From Podarcis melisellensis (taxonomy: Eukaryota), in assembly GCA_964234715.1 (NCBI GenBank), contig OZ174276.1: DNA of 64,000 bases. One strand, given 5' to 3'. The notes under the pieces are model-generated. The model saw only the letters and a program-made list of their open reading frames with translations. It ran no database searches and was not told the origin of the DNA. The position numbers and the translations under genes are program-made. The first letter of the stretch is position 1, and every line of letters begins with the position of its first letter. Positions 37,986 through 49,996 of this stretch are shown here, in pieces.

Positions 37986-40900
37986 AGTTGTGTGAGATAT
38001 GTGTTGTATGTGTGTTTGTGTTTGTAAGTCTGTGGTGTGTGTTTGTGCAGTGAAAGCCACACCTATTTTTCTTTGGTAAGTGGCCCCCACAGGTGATGAA
38101 GAGGGACTGTAACCTGTACTTCCTCACCCACTTTATAATGTATGGAAATATGTCTCTGTTTCTCCAGTCTGGTTTGTGCTTTTGCACAAAGGTGGCATCA
38201 TAATAAGAGAGTGGGTTTCAATCAGAACTAAAAGTAAAATTCAATCAAAACTAAAATTACGTTGAGCATCACTTCTTAGTAGATAACTATGAATATATGA
38301 CAAGTCCTCCATCAGAAGCTGAATCATAGATTTAATCCTGTGTTCCCAAACTGAATTCCAGGCTTCCCGTCCAATTTCTGTGTTTGCTTTTGTAGGATCA
38401 AAATCCTTCTGCTGGTGTTCCTCGCATTCCTGTTTCTGTTCCCGGCTCTGGTGTGAATGCACAGTCACCCAATGTTTCCATGGCAGGTAACCATGGCAAT
38501 CCAGCCTATCTCAACAGCCAGCAGCAAGCAGCTGTAATGAAGCAGCAGCACCAAATGCTACTAGATCAGCAGAAACAGAGAGAACAGCAACAAAAACAAC
38601 AACTGTTAATGGAACAACAGAAACAGTTTATAATGGGGCAGAGGCAACTAATTGCTGAACAGGTAGGGGACATCAGAATAAGTGTAACTTTTCCTTTTTG
38701 TATTCGTCTTATTATTTTGATGGACTTGAACTCCTTCCTGTTACCTGAATACTGTATATTAAATAAGGTTTTGCTGAAGCCAAGGTGCATGTTATGCTGC
38801 TTGTATAAGAGCAGCTCAGACTCTTCCTGCTCCACAAGCAAACAGAGAAAAATGGAGGGGATTACAGTCACATATTACAGAGAAAAAGTCACATACCACC
38901 TTTCTCCTCTCACTGATATCTTCATTAGCTCCTGACAAAGAGGTAAATATGAATTCTTATGCAACCAAAATGGTAACCCCTCTCCCGCACACACAGCAGA
39001 CTTGAATAGATCCCCAAGGTTTGCAAAAATAAATAAAAAAATCATTAGAAAAAAGGATTGTAATAACACCTTAAACTGGTTTACAAAAAGAATAAAACAA
39101 TAAATATTAGTAAGATCAGTTAAAAACAAGTATCCAAAACATTAAAAAATAAACTAAATAAACTAAAATGAAATTAAAACACTCAGCAGCTTCTACATGT
39201 CTGGATAAGCCTGCCTAAACAAAAAAGTATTTAGTAGCTCTACAAAGCACTTGGCAAGACCCGCCTATCAGCTGATTGTCAGGACTTGATAAGCCTCTTG
39301 CAAAGTGCTTTGCAAAATCCATTGATGAGCAGATTGTCACATCTTGTGGAATGTTTTGAAAGGCACTTTGTTGCAGTTTGATTTCAGACCTTATGGACAA
39401 AAAATGTTCTCCTGATGACATTGTGACATCAGATAATGGGCCAGAGGGCAGTGCTGCCCACTTGTTAAATTGTTCCTGTGAGAGATGGGGGAGATCTGGC
39501 CAGATTCTGTTCTCTAGCCCCCACAGTGCAGTGTAAAAATGGTTCTGGTATACTGTACTACCATATTAATTTAAAATGAAGGTATAGTGGAACCTCGTGA
39601 CATGATTTGGCGCTTCTGCATATGCGCAAAGCATGATTTAGTGCTTCTGCGCAAGCGCCGAAACTCGGAAGTAACCATTCCGGTACTTCTGGATTTCGGC
39701 ACGTCCGTAACCTGAAAAAGTGTAACCCAAAGCATCTGTAACCCAAGGTACCACTGTACAGCAATGTATTGCTGGAATCCCAAAGGAATGTTTTCATTGT
39801 ACTTGAACATGATGAATGAACCTCCTCAGGATTAAAATGTCACATTATTCTTCCCCATGAACAAATTTATTTGAGAGGAGGCATTGCAATGTGGATGTTG
39901 AGTCCCTCAAAATACCGCATTTCCTTTACTTTTGAAGCATGTTTACTAGAGAGGAACTACAGCACAAAAATCTGTGAAGAACTCCAGTGAAAGGCAAAAT
40001 CTGTTATTCTACATTCCCTTCTGTTTTAGATAAAAAGGCTTAACTGTTCTCAAATTCTTCTAGGCAGTTTGCCTAGTGGAAAATCAGTTTATTATTGAGT
40101 GGAGCTCATTATTTTATAGATATGACTCCCTTTCTAGCACCCTCTGTGATAGATTCTGCTATGTTTTATTTTAGTGTATACATCAGCCTTGATTTTCTTA
40201 CATACTAAGCAGTAGCATTTTTTTCTTTAATTGGTTTTATGATGTTATTAACATGATTGTAGACTGCTTGAGACAGCAATCAACCTATATACACATTGCT
40301 GTTTACATTAAGGCACTGTTTATGACAAACTTTAGGCTGTGTGTTCTTACAGTCTTGCATCTGCCCTGTTTTAGGAAAAGCAAAGGCATCATCAGGAACA
40401 ACAACAACAGCTCCAGAGGCATCTAACACGACCGCCCCCTCAATACCAAGACCAGACACAGAATCCATATCAACAACAGTTCACAGGTAAATAGGACTGT
40501 GGGAATGATTTGTGAAAGACTAGCTGGAAAGCAGGAGAGGTGTATGCAGAAGCAAAGTGTCTTCAGCTTCTATGGATTTGGTCATTAGTTAACTTTAAAA
40601 TGTTCTTTTACTTCCATAAGGAATAATCTTATGCTCTGGATTTAAGTGCTTGGCCTTTTTTTAAAAAACAAACAAACTATTGCATCCATACAAGTTACAG
40701 AGGAATCACTTCTACTGTGAAGTGTGCAAATGATGGATTTAATTTTTTCTCAGTACTGGTAGCACTGCTAAGAGAAACGTAAGCTGATAATCTTTCTTAC
40801 TTGCTATCTATCAATTAAATCAAGTATGTTAATTTTGGGAGGGCTCAGTACTAGGATAGTGGCAGATGAGACAAACTGGATTGGCATATTTTTGCATGTG

Positions 40901-42843
40901 GTGATGGTAATTTTCATGTTAGTGCATATTCACTGTGAATTTCCAACACAGATTTGCTAGCTTTTCAATATGTGCAAGTGACAGCTGTGAATGAGGACAG
41001 AGGTTTCCACATCAGTGGTTCATTTGAATTCACCCCCTGTATTGCAGAACTCATGCATTGTTGTTTTCTTTTTCCTTGCCCTTGTTAGGCAGTTAACAAG
41101 ACTTGTATAGTGCTCCTGTTCTGCCCTACAACCTCTTCCTCGCTATAGACTTTATAGCAGCACAAATGAAGTAGACACATATTTAATGGTACAGGTTGTC
41201 CTGGTCTCAGAGCTTCTTCATTCTCTGATACAGCCAAAGTTTTGCTCCCAGTGTTCTAGTAATTTTGCCTAATTACTGTTATTGCAGCAGCTGAGAAAAT
41301 AGCTGCTGTTGTGATTTTATCTATGTATCATCCAGTTTACAATTACACTGTCTTGTTTGGGCACATGCATGGTCAGGCGTGGCTTGGCTCATGTGTGAAG
41401 GAATGTGACGGTGTCAAGCAACCCTATGTTTGCATTAAATTTAAGTAGCCAGCTCAGATAGTTTTATTTGGAACAGTACATAGGTGGCAGTCGTGATTCT
41501 GCCCTTGCACCATAATATTCTGTTTAATTAACAGTCCTTATTCCTGTTCTTAGCTGCTAGCTTTGTGATGTGTGAAAGGTGCCACCACCCAATTTTAGTG
41601 ATTGCCCTCATCCCCCTGCAAATACCACCCTATTCAAGAGGATCCCCTAACTCTTAAGATAGGTTTTTCATGGGGCTGCTGGGGGGAGGTAGCAGTGGCA
41701 GGAAAGTCACCTTCTGCTGGCACTTCTCAAGGTTCAAGACAATGAGTCCTAAATGCAGCTACAAAATGTGGCATGCTGCAGTATATGTGTAATGTTGCAC
41801 CTAAACTGAGGATATGTTCTGCTTAGTTTTTATAAATGTTGAAACTCTCGTTTTGTGTTATAGGCTCATCTCCAGCGATGGCAGGGGTAAATAATTTAGG
41901 CCAGTCTAACTCCAGTAGTCCACGCATGTTTTCTCAGACTCAGAATATGATCCAGATTGGCACAGGACACAGTTCTGTCTCCTCAAGCAGCAATCAGCAA
42001 GATCGAGGAGTAACTCAGTATCCTAGTTTGCAGAGCATTCAGCGAGGTACCTTGTACAACATGGCATCTGGTATGACACAGATGGTTCAACAGCATGCAA
42101 ATCCAAGTGCCAATGGACAGCCACAAATGCAAAGACAACCCAGTTTGGCACAGGGCACTGCTCTTCCTGCTGGATATGGACAGAGCACCCTAGGAACTGC
42201 CAGCATTTCTCAGCAGCACAGTAAAGGAGCACTGAATCCCAACCTATCCAAGCCACAAATGGCAAGGATGCCAACATCTATTGGGGTCCAAAATCAATCA
42301 TGGCAGCATCAAGGTATGTCAAATATGAACAACCAGGCACAAGGGAACGGTGGTTTAGGGACATTTACCGCCAACTCCACTTTCCATATGCAGCAGACTC
42401 ACCTAAAGTTGACCAATCAACAGTTTGCGCAAGGAATGCCTCAGGTAAGCCTCAACACCAGCAGGCCAATGACGTCCATGAACTCTGCTGTCTCTGGACA
42501 GATGTTGTCATCTATAAGTGCCCAGCAGAGGACAAACCCTCCTACCCAGCAGGCAGTCCCATCACAGCAGGTCTTGCCAGGCATGAATCAAGGTGTCCCA
42601 GATATGACTTCTTTCAGCCAGAATCAAAATCAGCAACTGCCTAACAGAGCCAATCTGCATTGTAGTCAAGGTTATCCAGTGAGGACACCCAGTCAGGAAC
42701 TGCCCTTTGCCTACAGCAACCCATCTGGTAGTAATGGACTGCCGAACTTAACTGGGGATACAGATCTTATAGACACTTTGTTGAAAAACAGGACTTCAGA
42801 AGAATGGATGAATGACTTGGATGAGTTGTTAGGGAATCATTAA
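25342..42843 (+). CDS. MAML1: Mastermind-like transcriptional coactivator 1, complete spliced CDS (5 exons, 1059 aa; 1060 with the proximal NAGNAG acceptor)
   Basis: Exons 25342-25767, 35022 (or 35019)-36416, 38396-38662, 40375-40486, 41864-42843. N-terminal Notch/CSL-binding helix PRHSAVMERLRRRIELCRRHH, acidic DLNLNEQEWKELIDELNRSVP, Q-rich middle, C-terminal DLIDTLLKNRTSEEWMNDLDELLG. Synteny with CANX and LTC4S. Confidence 0.97.
28931..29075. mobile_element. hAT-type MITE
   Basis: caggggtgcccaaact ... actttggatatgcctg imperfect TIRs. Confidence 0.55.
31379..31545. mobile_element. Short Tc1/mariner (pogo/Tc2-like) MITE
   Basis: gtatttttcc ... cgaaaaaatacggta termini; internal tataagac(a)cccc repeats; related to 49271-49996. 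Confidence 0.7.
35022..36416 (+). CDS. MAML1: MAML1 exon 2
   Basis: tttcagcag|LHETVKRKLDSSVSPQNGDQQNGYGD...LDYGNTKPLSHY...GPHSQ|gtaagt. Confidence 0.95.
37928..37985. repeat. Compound (TG)n-(CG)n-(CA)n alternating purine/pyrimidine tract
   Basis: 58 bp of uninterrupted RY alternation. Confidence 0.9.
38396..38662 (+). CDS. MAML1: MAML1 exon 3
   Basis: tag|DQNPSAGVPR...YLNSQQQAAVMKQQHQMLLDQQKQREQQQK...LIAEQ|gtagg. Confidence 0.94.
39583..39758. mobile_element. Tc1/mariner-type MITE
   Basis: tatagtggaacctc ... aggtaccactgta termini with TA. Confidence 0.7.
40375..40486 (+). CDS. MAML1: MAML1 exon 4
   Basis: tag|EKQRHHQEQQQQLQRHLTRPPPQYQDQTQNPYQQQFT|gtaaa. Confidence 0.94.
41864..42843 (+). 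CDS. MAML1: MAML1 exon 5 coding part
   Basis: tag|GSSPAMAG...QELPFAYS...DLIDTLLKNRTSEEWMNDLDELLGNH-TAA. Confidence 0.95.
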
Positions 42844-45653
42844 AAAGAGGTTTGGGGATTCCCCCCCCCCAATCTTTTATTTTTAATTACAACTATCTTT
42901 GGACCAAATACCTGTGGAATTGAGAAAATTCACAGGCACTAGTGGGAATGTATTGGAGCTGCTCCCTTCTGGGTCTAACAGCATGAGAAGTATGCCCCAA
43001 TTTGATAGGATATAACCTTCTCATTTTTGTAGTGGGTCTGGAACACTGCTCATGGAAACAGTCCTGGTCAGCTTGGTGTGCATCCCAGCCAGCCCTTCAG
43101 AAGTTTCAATTTTAACAGTGTTTTTCAGTTGAAGGTTTAAATGCGAACCATGCTGTGGTGATTCAGAAAGTAAGCCAGCAAGGAAGACTCAAAATACTCA
43201 GTGTTAAGGCAATCGTTTCTACAACTAGTACTTGACAGGTTTCTTGATTCTAACTTGACCTGCAAACTAGTGAAAGTTAACACTCTGCGACCTTTTTCTG
43301 AGGAAACATTGTGCAACACTTTCTTTGCAAAATCTACTCTAGTTTGAGAAGTCGTTCTTCTAGTCTCTAGTGATACTTGGCAAGCAAGATATGAGAGTTC
43401 ACAATAATAATAGCTGATGGCTTTCTGTGCTGAAGATCATTGAGTGTTAAAACTTGTCCAGCAGTAGGTTGCTAGAGCCCTAAACTGGGGACCTCTTCCT
43501 TAAATAGCTTATGGCTTACTAAGCTAAGCAATTTGCACTCTGCTGTGGGGGAAGACTGAGCTCTTGGTTTTTTGATGATTTTTTTTTAATCAGAGAATCA
43601 GCTTAAAATCAAGTGTGCTCTTTTTCTATCTCCTTTTTAGCATCCATTAAATGAGAACGTTGGGTTGATCACGGCTTATTTCTTCTCTTGGATTCAGAGG
43701 GCATTTATAATTAGCAATCTTTTGTTGCCACACATAGGCTGTACCAATGAGAACAGGATCTGTTACTTTTGGTCAAGCAAGTGAAGGAAGTTTTGTGCCT
43801 TGGAAACTGTTACTAACCTGAAAAACTTTGCAATAATGGCACAGAGAGCCTGGGGAAGCGTAATACTTTATTAAAGGTTCTTCCATTGTGAGAGCCCCCA
43901 TATTTGGGGGAATTTTTTTTTTAGTGATTTAATCTCTTTAGAAATATGTAGACTAATCTCCAGTGAAGCAGATGCTGCTATTTCATAACGGTTCATGGAG
44001 ACCCCTTCATACATATGTAGGGACGGTCCCATGCAGGGCAAGGAAAAGAGAGAATTGTTCTTAACAGGTTACCAAAAATTCTTCTACTTGCCAACAAACC
44101 ACCTTTTGCCTTAACCTTTCGTTTATAAAGGTAATAAATTTGAAAGTTGTTTTAGATGCACAGATACCTCTGTTCCCTACTCTGGGTCTGGTTTTGCTCT
44201 TTAATGAACAGGACTGTTTACCTCCTTAATTCATCACACCTGTCACTGAGAATCAAAGAATTTTCTTCAGGCCTATTCAGGAGCATCTCTACACAAGAAA
44301 AGTGTGAAGATTTGAGTTTGGGATATTTTAGACAGGGAAACGGATAAGGGATACAACAGTTGAACCATAGGAAGGAAATATTTTACTGTATCTGCAGTGT
44401 TTTTCTCAGATGTGCACTTTGGAAAAAAAAATCCGCTTTAACACTACTTTTATTTAATCTTTTCCCAAATTACACATGGATATTAGTTCTGTTTTATATG
44501 CTTGCCACCCATGAGTAGTTATGTATGCCATGCTAAACAGATTTTTGTATTGTATCTTGATGGACTGTTGATGGGGGTTAAATTGTGGAAGATGCATGTT
44601 GATGAATGGTTTTACTGCTGAATGTCCAAACTGAAGCAAATCTCATTATTTGTATATTTTTAAAACACCGTTTTCTAAGAGGCGGCTCATTTTAATGAAT
44701 GAAACATTGGTATGGCTGATATTATAAGTAAATTAGATTAGAGTTAAATTTACTAATATTTTCGACAAGTCAGCGAGTGAGTGAAATTGTTTGTGAGCTC
44801 GGTTTATAAAAAAAAAATGCTTCAAAATGTCACCAGAATATCTTTTAATCTCTGTAGATTTTTTTTTTTGCCTGGGAACACATGCAGGGGCAGGGAGAGG
44901 GGTTAGGTATGGAAATAATTGAACTTGGCTTATGAACAGTTTGGAAATTTTGCACCAGCGTGCCTTCCTTTTCTTACTGGAGGTGTTTGGCGCCTCATAG
45001 TTTTTTAATTGTCTGGGTTCTGCTGATTTTTTCCTCTCCCTCAGGCACACTGAAAAATAGCAGGTTTTAAGGAATTAAATAATACTAAATTCTAGTTGGA
45101 TTTCCTAAATATAATTTAGGTCAAAAGAAAATGAAATCCCTTGTGTTTCTAATGCTGCAATCAGATTTTGATGTCCAGTAAAATGCTAATGTCTTTTTCA
45201 GCTGTGGGCATACGTTGTTTAACTTTGTTCAGATACAGTTTTAAGCAGAATGGCCTAGAATATTTTTGGCAGTCATAATTTAGTATGGAGGCTGGGTGGG
45301 GAAGGGCTAAGCGCTGCCCTTCAGCCACTTGTAGCAGTTCATAAATGAATATGCACTTGAGCTTTGCATTTGCTGCAGCTTTAGAGCAATAAGATGTGGC
45401 TCCCCTGAGCTTTACCTAGCCTGCTGCCTCAGCTTTATTTATATACTGTGGTCATGGACAGGTGAAAAGGTGTTCAACATCCACTGCCTTCCAAACCCCC
45501 TACAACTGAATCGAAAAGGGTGCTCAGTTTTCTATACTACACATTTTTTGTGTGTAAATAAATGTTTACAGTTTTATATTAAAGATTGAATAAGAGTTAG
45601 ATCTGAGTGTATATTTTTTACTTTTTATAGATTTTAAAACTATAATTCTTTAA

Positions 45654-45684
<31 letters not shown>

Positions 45685-45905
45685 GTGCGTGTGTGTGTAT
45701 CGGGGGTGGTTATGATAAATTTTACATTTGTTTAAATGAACAGTTCAAATTTGATGCTAACCTTTTTGTCATTGAAATGTATAAAGAGCCCATTAATCCA
45801 TTTATTTTCTTTAACTACAATTACTGTGGCACACCAAAAAGAAATATTTCACTTCTGTTACGTCATTATAAAAAATAAATATTTTGCTAGTGTATTAAAC
45901 AAATA
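42844..45905 (+). other. MAML1: MAML1 3' UTR; poly(A) signals AATAAA at 45557-45562 and 45874-45879
   Basis: AU-rich, repeat-poor sequence after the stop, ending at canonical hexamers. The end coordinate is approximate. Confidence 0.6.
45653..45697. repeat. (AT)n / (GT)n microsatellite in the MAML1 3' UTR
   Basis: Direct inspection. Confidence 0.9.
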
Positions 45906-46362
45906 GTCGTGTTTTCTGAAGCATCACCTGAACTACATATAGTTTAGCTTTGCTGTGGAGACTGATTGTAAAAATTCTCATTCCTTTTATCTGACAGAAA
46001 ACAAACTTAACTCTCTCCCTTTTATTGAACTAACCCTAATATTGAAAGACAGAACTAAAATACGTTTGAAAGTCAAGACTGCTGTTGTTGTTGTTTAGTA
46101 TTTCAGCAATAGGTAGAAAAAGCTTTTACTAATGTTACCCATTTATTTCTGATCACATTTTGGTACCCTTTAACATGAAGAGTTGTTATTATAGGAAACA
46201 AGCTATTTTTCACCATTTTGAATTGTTGACCTTTTTGACACTTGTAGGCATTCAGCATACAATGTTAGGTTTTGTTAATCACAGAGGAAATGAAAATGTT
46301 CAACAGATTTGTATATTGGAAAACATCCAAAATGATATATCTATATCTATCTGTCTGTAGGA

Positions 46363-46402
<40 letters not shown>
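46363..46402. repeat. (ATATGT)n microsatellite
   Basis: About 6 units. Confidence 0.9.
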
Positions 46403-47126
46403 AGGCTTCACTTACCTTAACAGGAAATTGCAAAACAGGCATTTTCTTAACATCATTTTTCACTAGGGAGACATGCAAGTTACATTCTAGAAAACATTAT
46501 AAAAAAACACTAACACACTGGAAAGAAGGTGGTGTGTTGCTCTAAGCTCTTTAAGGGCCATTTCATTCATTTTGAAGAGGCAAACTCCGGGATTGCTACA
46601 GAGTTTACCTGTATGATGTATATTTGTTTACATTCTTGCTTCTTGTTTTATTTATGTAGACATTTGTGTAATGCCTTTCAGGGCTATATAGCTCTTTCAA
46701 GGCAGTTCACATCATAAAATAATGGGAAAAAGTAATTTCACAAACAGCAATAAGCACACTTCCCGCAGGAGGGAGTGCCATAACAATTGGGCATATGGGT
46801 CTCCCTGTCCCAAGCCATTTAGAGCTTTAAAAGTAATAACAATAGCAGTACAGAATCACAATTAAATATTCCAAGCAACTGGACAGATGCATTTTTATCC
46901 AGCTGAAGCTTCCAGATAGTCTTCAAAAGCAGCCCCACGTAGTGTGTGTTATCAGTAATCTAGTCTGCCTGTAATGAGGAGATGAATTATTGTGGCAATA
47001 TCTGCTTTATCGAGATGGCGGTGCAGCAGGTGAATCATCCAGAATTGATAAAAGGCGCTCCTAGTCACTGATGCTCTTTCCACCTTCATGGATAGTACCA
47101 AGTCTGGGAGAACCCTAGTTATTAAG

Positions 47127-47458
47127 TACAATAATCCCTCATTTTATGCATAGGCTCAGTTTCAAGTATTCCATGCATACATTAAAAATTGCATATACTC
47201 TCAAACCCTTGGAGCCACTCTATGGCTAACGGGTGAGGGAGAGAGAGAGAGAGAGAGAAATGCAAGTACTCACACAAAAGCATGGTAGGCAGCTTAAATG
47301 CTCTTTTGTGTCAGGTCTGCTTGGGGTTACATGGTGCAAAAAGAACCTTTAAGCTCTCAACCTTGCTTGTGACTTGTGCAATTTCAGCCAGGCCACCTTC
47401 AACTGCATATTGTTAAAACTGCATAATTCAAATGCACATAAAACGAGGGATTACTATA
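47127..47458. mobile_element. Tc1/mariner (Tigger-like) MITE containing a (GA)n tract
   Basis: tacaataatccctcatttt ... aaaacgagggattactata inverted termini. Confidence 0.6.
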
Positions 47459-49270
47459 CACCTAAAGTGTTAATGTGTGAGGAGTGTATAGGTGTTAATG
47501 TGCTATCATGTTATAGGTTACAGTAAAATCCCATGTACAATTGTGTGTTGTTCTTTTGCATAAAATGTTCTTCTGCTCCTTTCCAAGAAAACTTTCTTTG
47601 CAGGCTACTGGTTCGCATGACAAATGCACAGACCACAGAATGATAGCAGCCAGCGCTTTGCATGGTAAGTAACTTTTATCTGTTTCCCCTTTCAAACTGA
47701 AGAATCATGTTTTGCATCAGGACAAAAATAAAGTATTGACTTCTATCAGCTCCATCCAAGCTGAATCAGCGATTTTCACAGTTCTGGTGCAGATCTTTTG
47801 CAGAAATCAATTGTGCTTTTAGCTTGAGATTCTATTTTAATCTTTTTTGTGGTTACAGAATATTCATATTCTAGTCTGAACCCTTAATAGATGCAGTATC
47901 ACTCGGGGGGGGGGGAATAGACTATTCTGTTTAAGATACTTACCTGTGTGCTTTGCAGTCACAAAGACATGTGCAATTATTAGATAAGGGGTTGCTAACC
48001 TCCTTTGGCTTGAGGGCCACTTTCACCCTTGGTTAACTCGCCTGGGTCTGTATGCCAGTGATTGATGCCATCACCTGCATGTACACACACAGAATGGACC
48101 CAGCCACACACAGTTCCCACTCCTCAGCTGATCTGTGCAGACCAGCAGAGGTGGCGTGGTTATTGCCCCCTCCATGCTCATCAAATGTTTGATCTGATTG
48201 ACTGGGGAAGCAGCAATTCCCATTCCCATCAGGGTGCTGGGCTGGATGGAGAAGTTTAAACAGGGTCTACTTCCCCCCACTTTTTGCTCCTGCTAAATCA
48301 GAGGGATCTTGGGGTTGCGTCAGGGTCTTGGGATTGGGGTTACACTTCCTTGGTTTGAGATACTTTGTACATGGATACTCCAGCACAGGACGGTGGAATC
48401 TTTTTCGTTTGTAGGGCATTTCCCCTTCCTTCCTGGGCAACCAGGGGCTGTATGCAACTGGTGAGTAGAGCCAGAGACCAAAGTGAGCGGAGCAACAGAT
48501 GTACCTCTTAAGCTGTATCCCAGCCGTTCAGAAGTCAGGTGTTTCTCTACATCTGCACATCCATCTCTCCATCTAGCCAACCAAGAGACGGATACATTCC
48601 AAATAGGTAAAGCCACTTTGGGGTGGGGTGGAATAGGGCTGGCGAAGAGCATGGTCTGAGCAGAGAGTCTTGTGGTCTGTGGAGAGTCTTTAAGGATCAA
48701 ATAGGGAGCCTGGATTTTGGCCCAGAGGCATGAGGTTTCCCATCGCTGCTCTACTGTATCAATAACTTAGGGTCTTGCTAAATGATTTGCCAAACTTTGT
48801 TCAGCCATCAGTTATATATTAAATTAGGAGGACAGTAGAGATGCAACTTTTAGCTGTGTGTTTCTCTTATGGTTTTAAACACTGCAGTACAAGATGCTAA
48901 AAAGAGCTGCTTTTTCTGGTGGTGGAAGAGCGATGCAACATACTGGCCACAAACTGACAGAGCTGGCAAGAATTTTAAGAAAGGTTGGGCTGCGATGCCT
49001 TAAAGACCGTCATGAGAATCGCATCATGAAGTTGTGGAGTAGCAACTTGTCCTTTGCCATTCAGAAGAGACTTTATAGCCCCATTTGCCATGGATCCACT
49101 TGCTAAAAAGCACATGTGCAGGTTTCTCTAGAGTTCATGGCTGTAGAGTTGGCTACAGGCTGTTGTACAGAGAGCCTGACTCTAGTCTGTTCTGCCATCT
49201 TAAATTATTGATCTATGAAAAATGGAATAATCCTCATAGGTGTCATGACTTTTAGAATTATTTTGGAATG

Positions 49271-49996
49271 TACCGTATTTTTCGCATCATAGGACGCACC
49301 GGATAATAGGACGTAACTTGTTTTAGAGGGGGGAGAACAAGAAAAAAAATATCTCCCCCTCTCTGCCCAGCGCCCCTTCAGCGAAGCGGCAGGAGGCGCT
49401 GCGCAGAGAGGGGGAGAATTTTCCCCCTCTTGTTTTCCCGCTCTAAAACAAGGTGCCGTTTAAGGTGCATTCAGGCGGCTACCTTGGAAGCCTTGAGAGC
49501 GAGAGGGGTCAGTGTGCACCGACCCCTCTCGCTCTCCAGGCTTCAGGTTCCTTTCAACTTGCTCTTTGGGGCTGGCGGGGGGAAGCCCACCACCAGCCCC
49601 AAAGAGCAGGTCAGGGAGCAGCGGAAAGGCTGCTGCCATAGTCGCGCGTCACCTCTCCAGATGGAAGAGGGTCGCGGGGCTATGGCTTCTTTAGCCCCTC
49701 ACATACTCTCCCAGCTGGAGAGGTGGCGCGTGGCTAAAGAGGATCCTGCCATAGCCGCGCATCACCTCTCCAGCCAGGAGAGGGTCGCGGGGCCATGGCT
49801 TCCTTTGCCCCGCGCGCGCTCTCCCAGCTGGAAAGGTGACGCGCGGCTATAGAGGCTCCTTCCATAGCTGAGCGTCACCTCTCCAGCCGGGAGAGGGTAG
49901 CGGGGCTATGGCGTCTTCGCTCCATAGGACGCACACACATTTCCCCTTCATTTTTGAAGGGGAAAAAGTGCGTCCTATATAGCGAAAAATATGGTA
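49271..49996. mobile_element. Tc1/mariner (pogo/Tc2-like) non-autonomous element with a GC-rich internal palindromic tandem array
   Basis: TA-ccgtatttttcg ... cgaaaaatatgg-TA; subterminal ataggacgcac repeats; internal 113-bp units. Confidence 0.8.

Noticed and set aside
49635-49912. Regularly spaced palindromic repeats resembling a CRISPR array
   Set aside because: Eukaryotic DNA, no unique spacers, enclosed by transposon TIRs.
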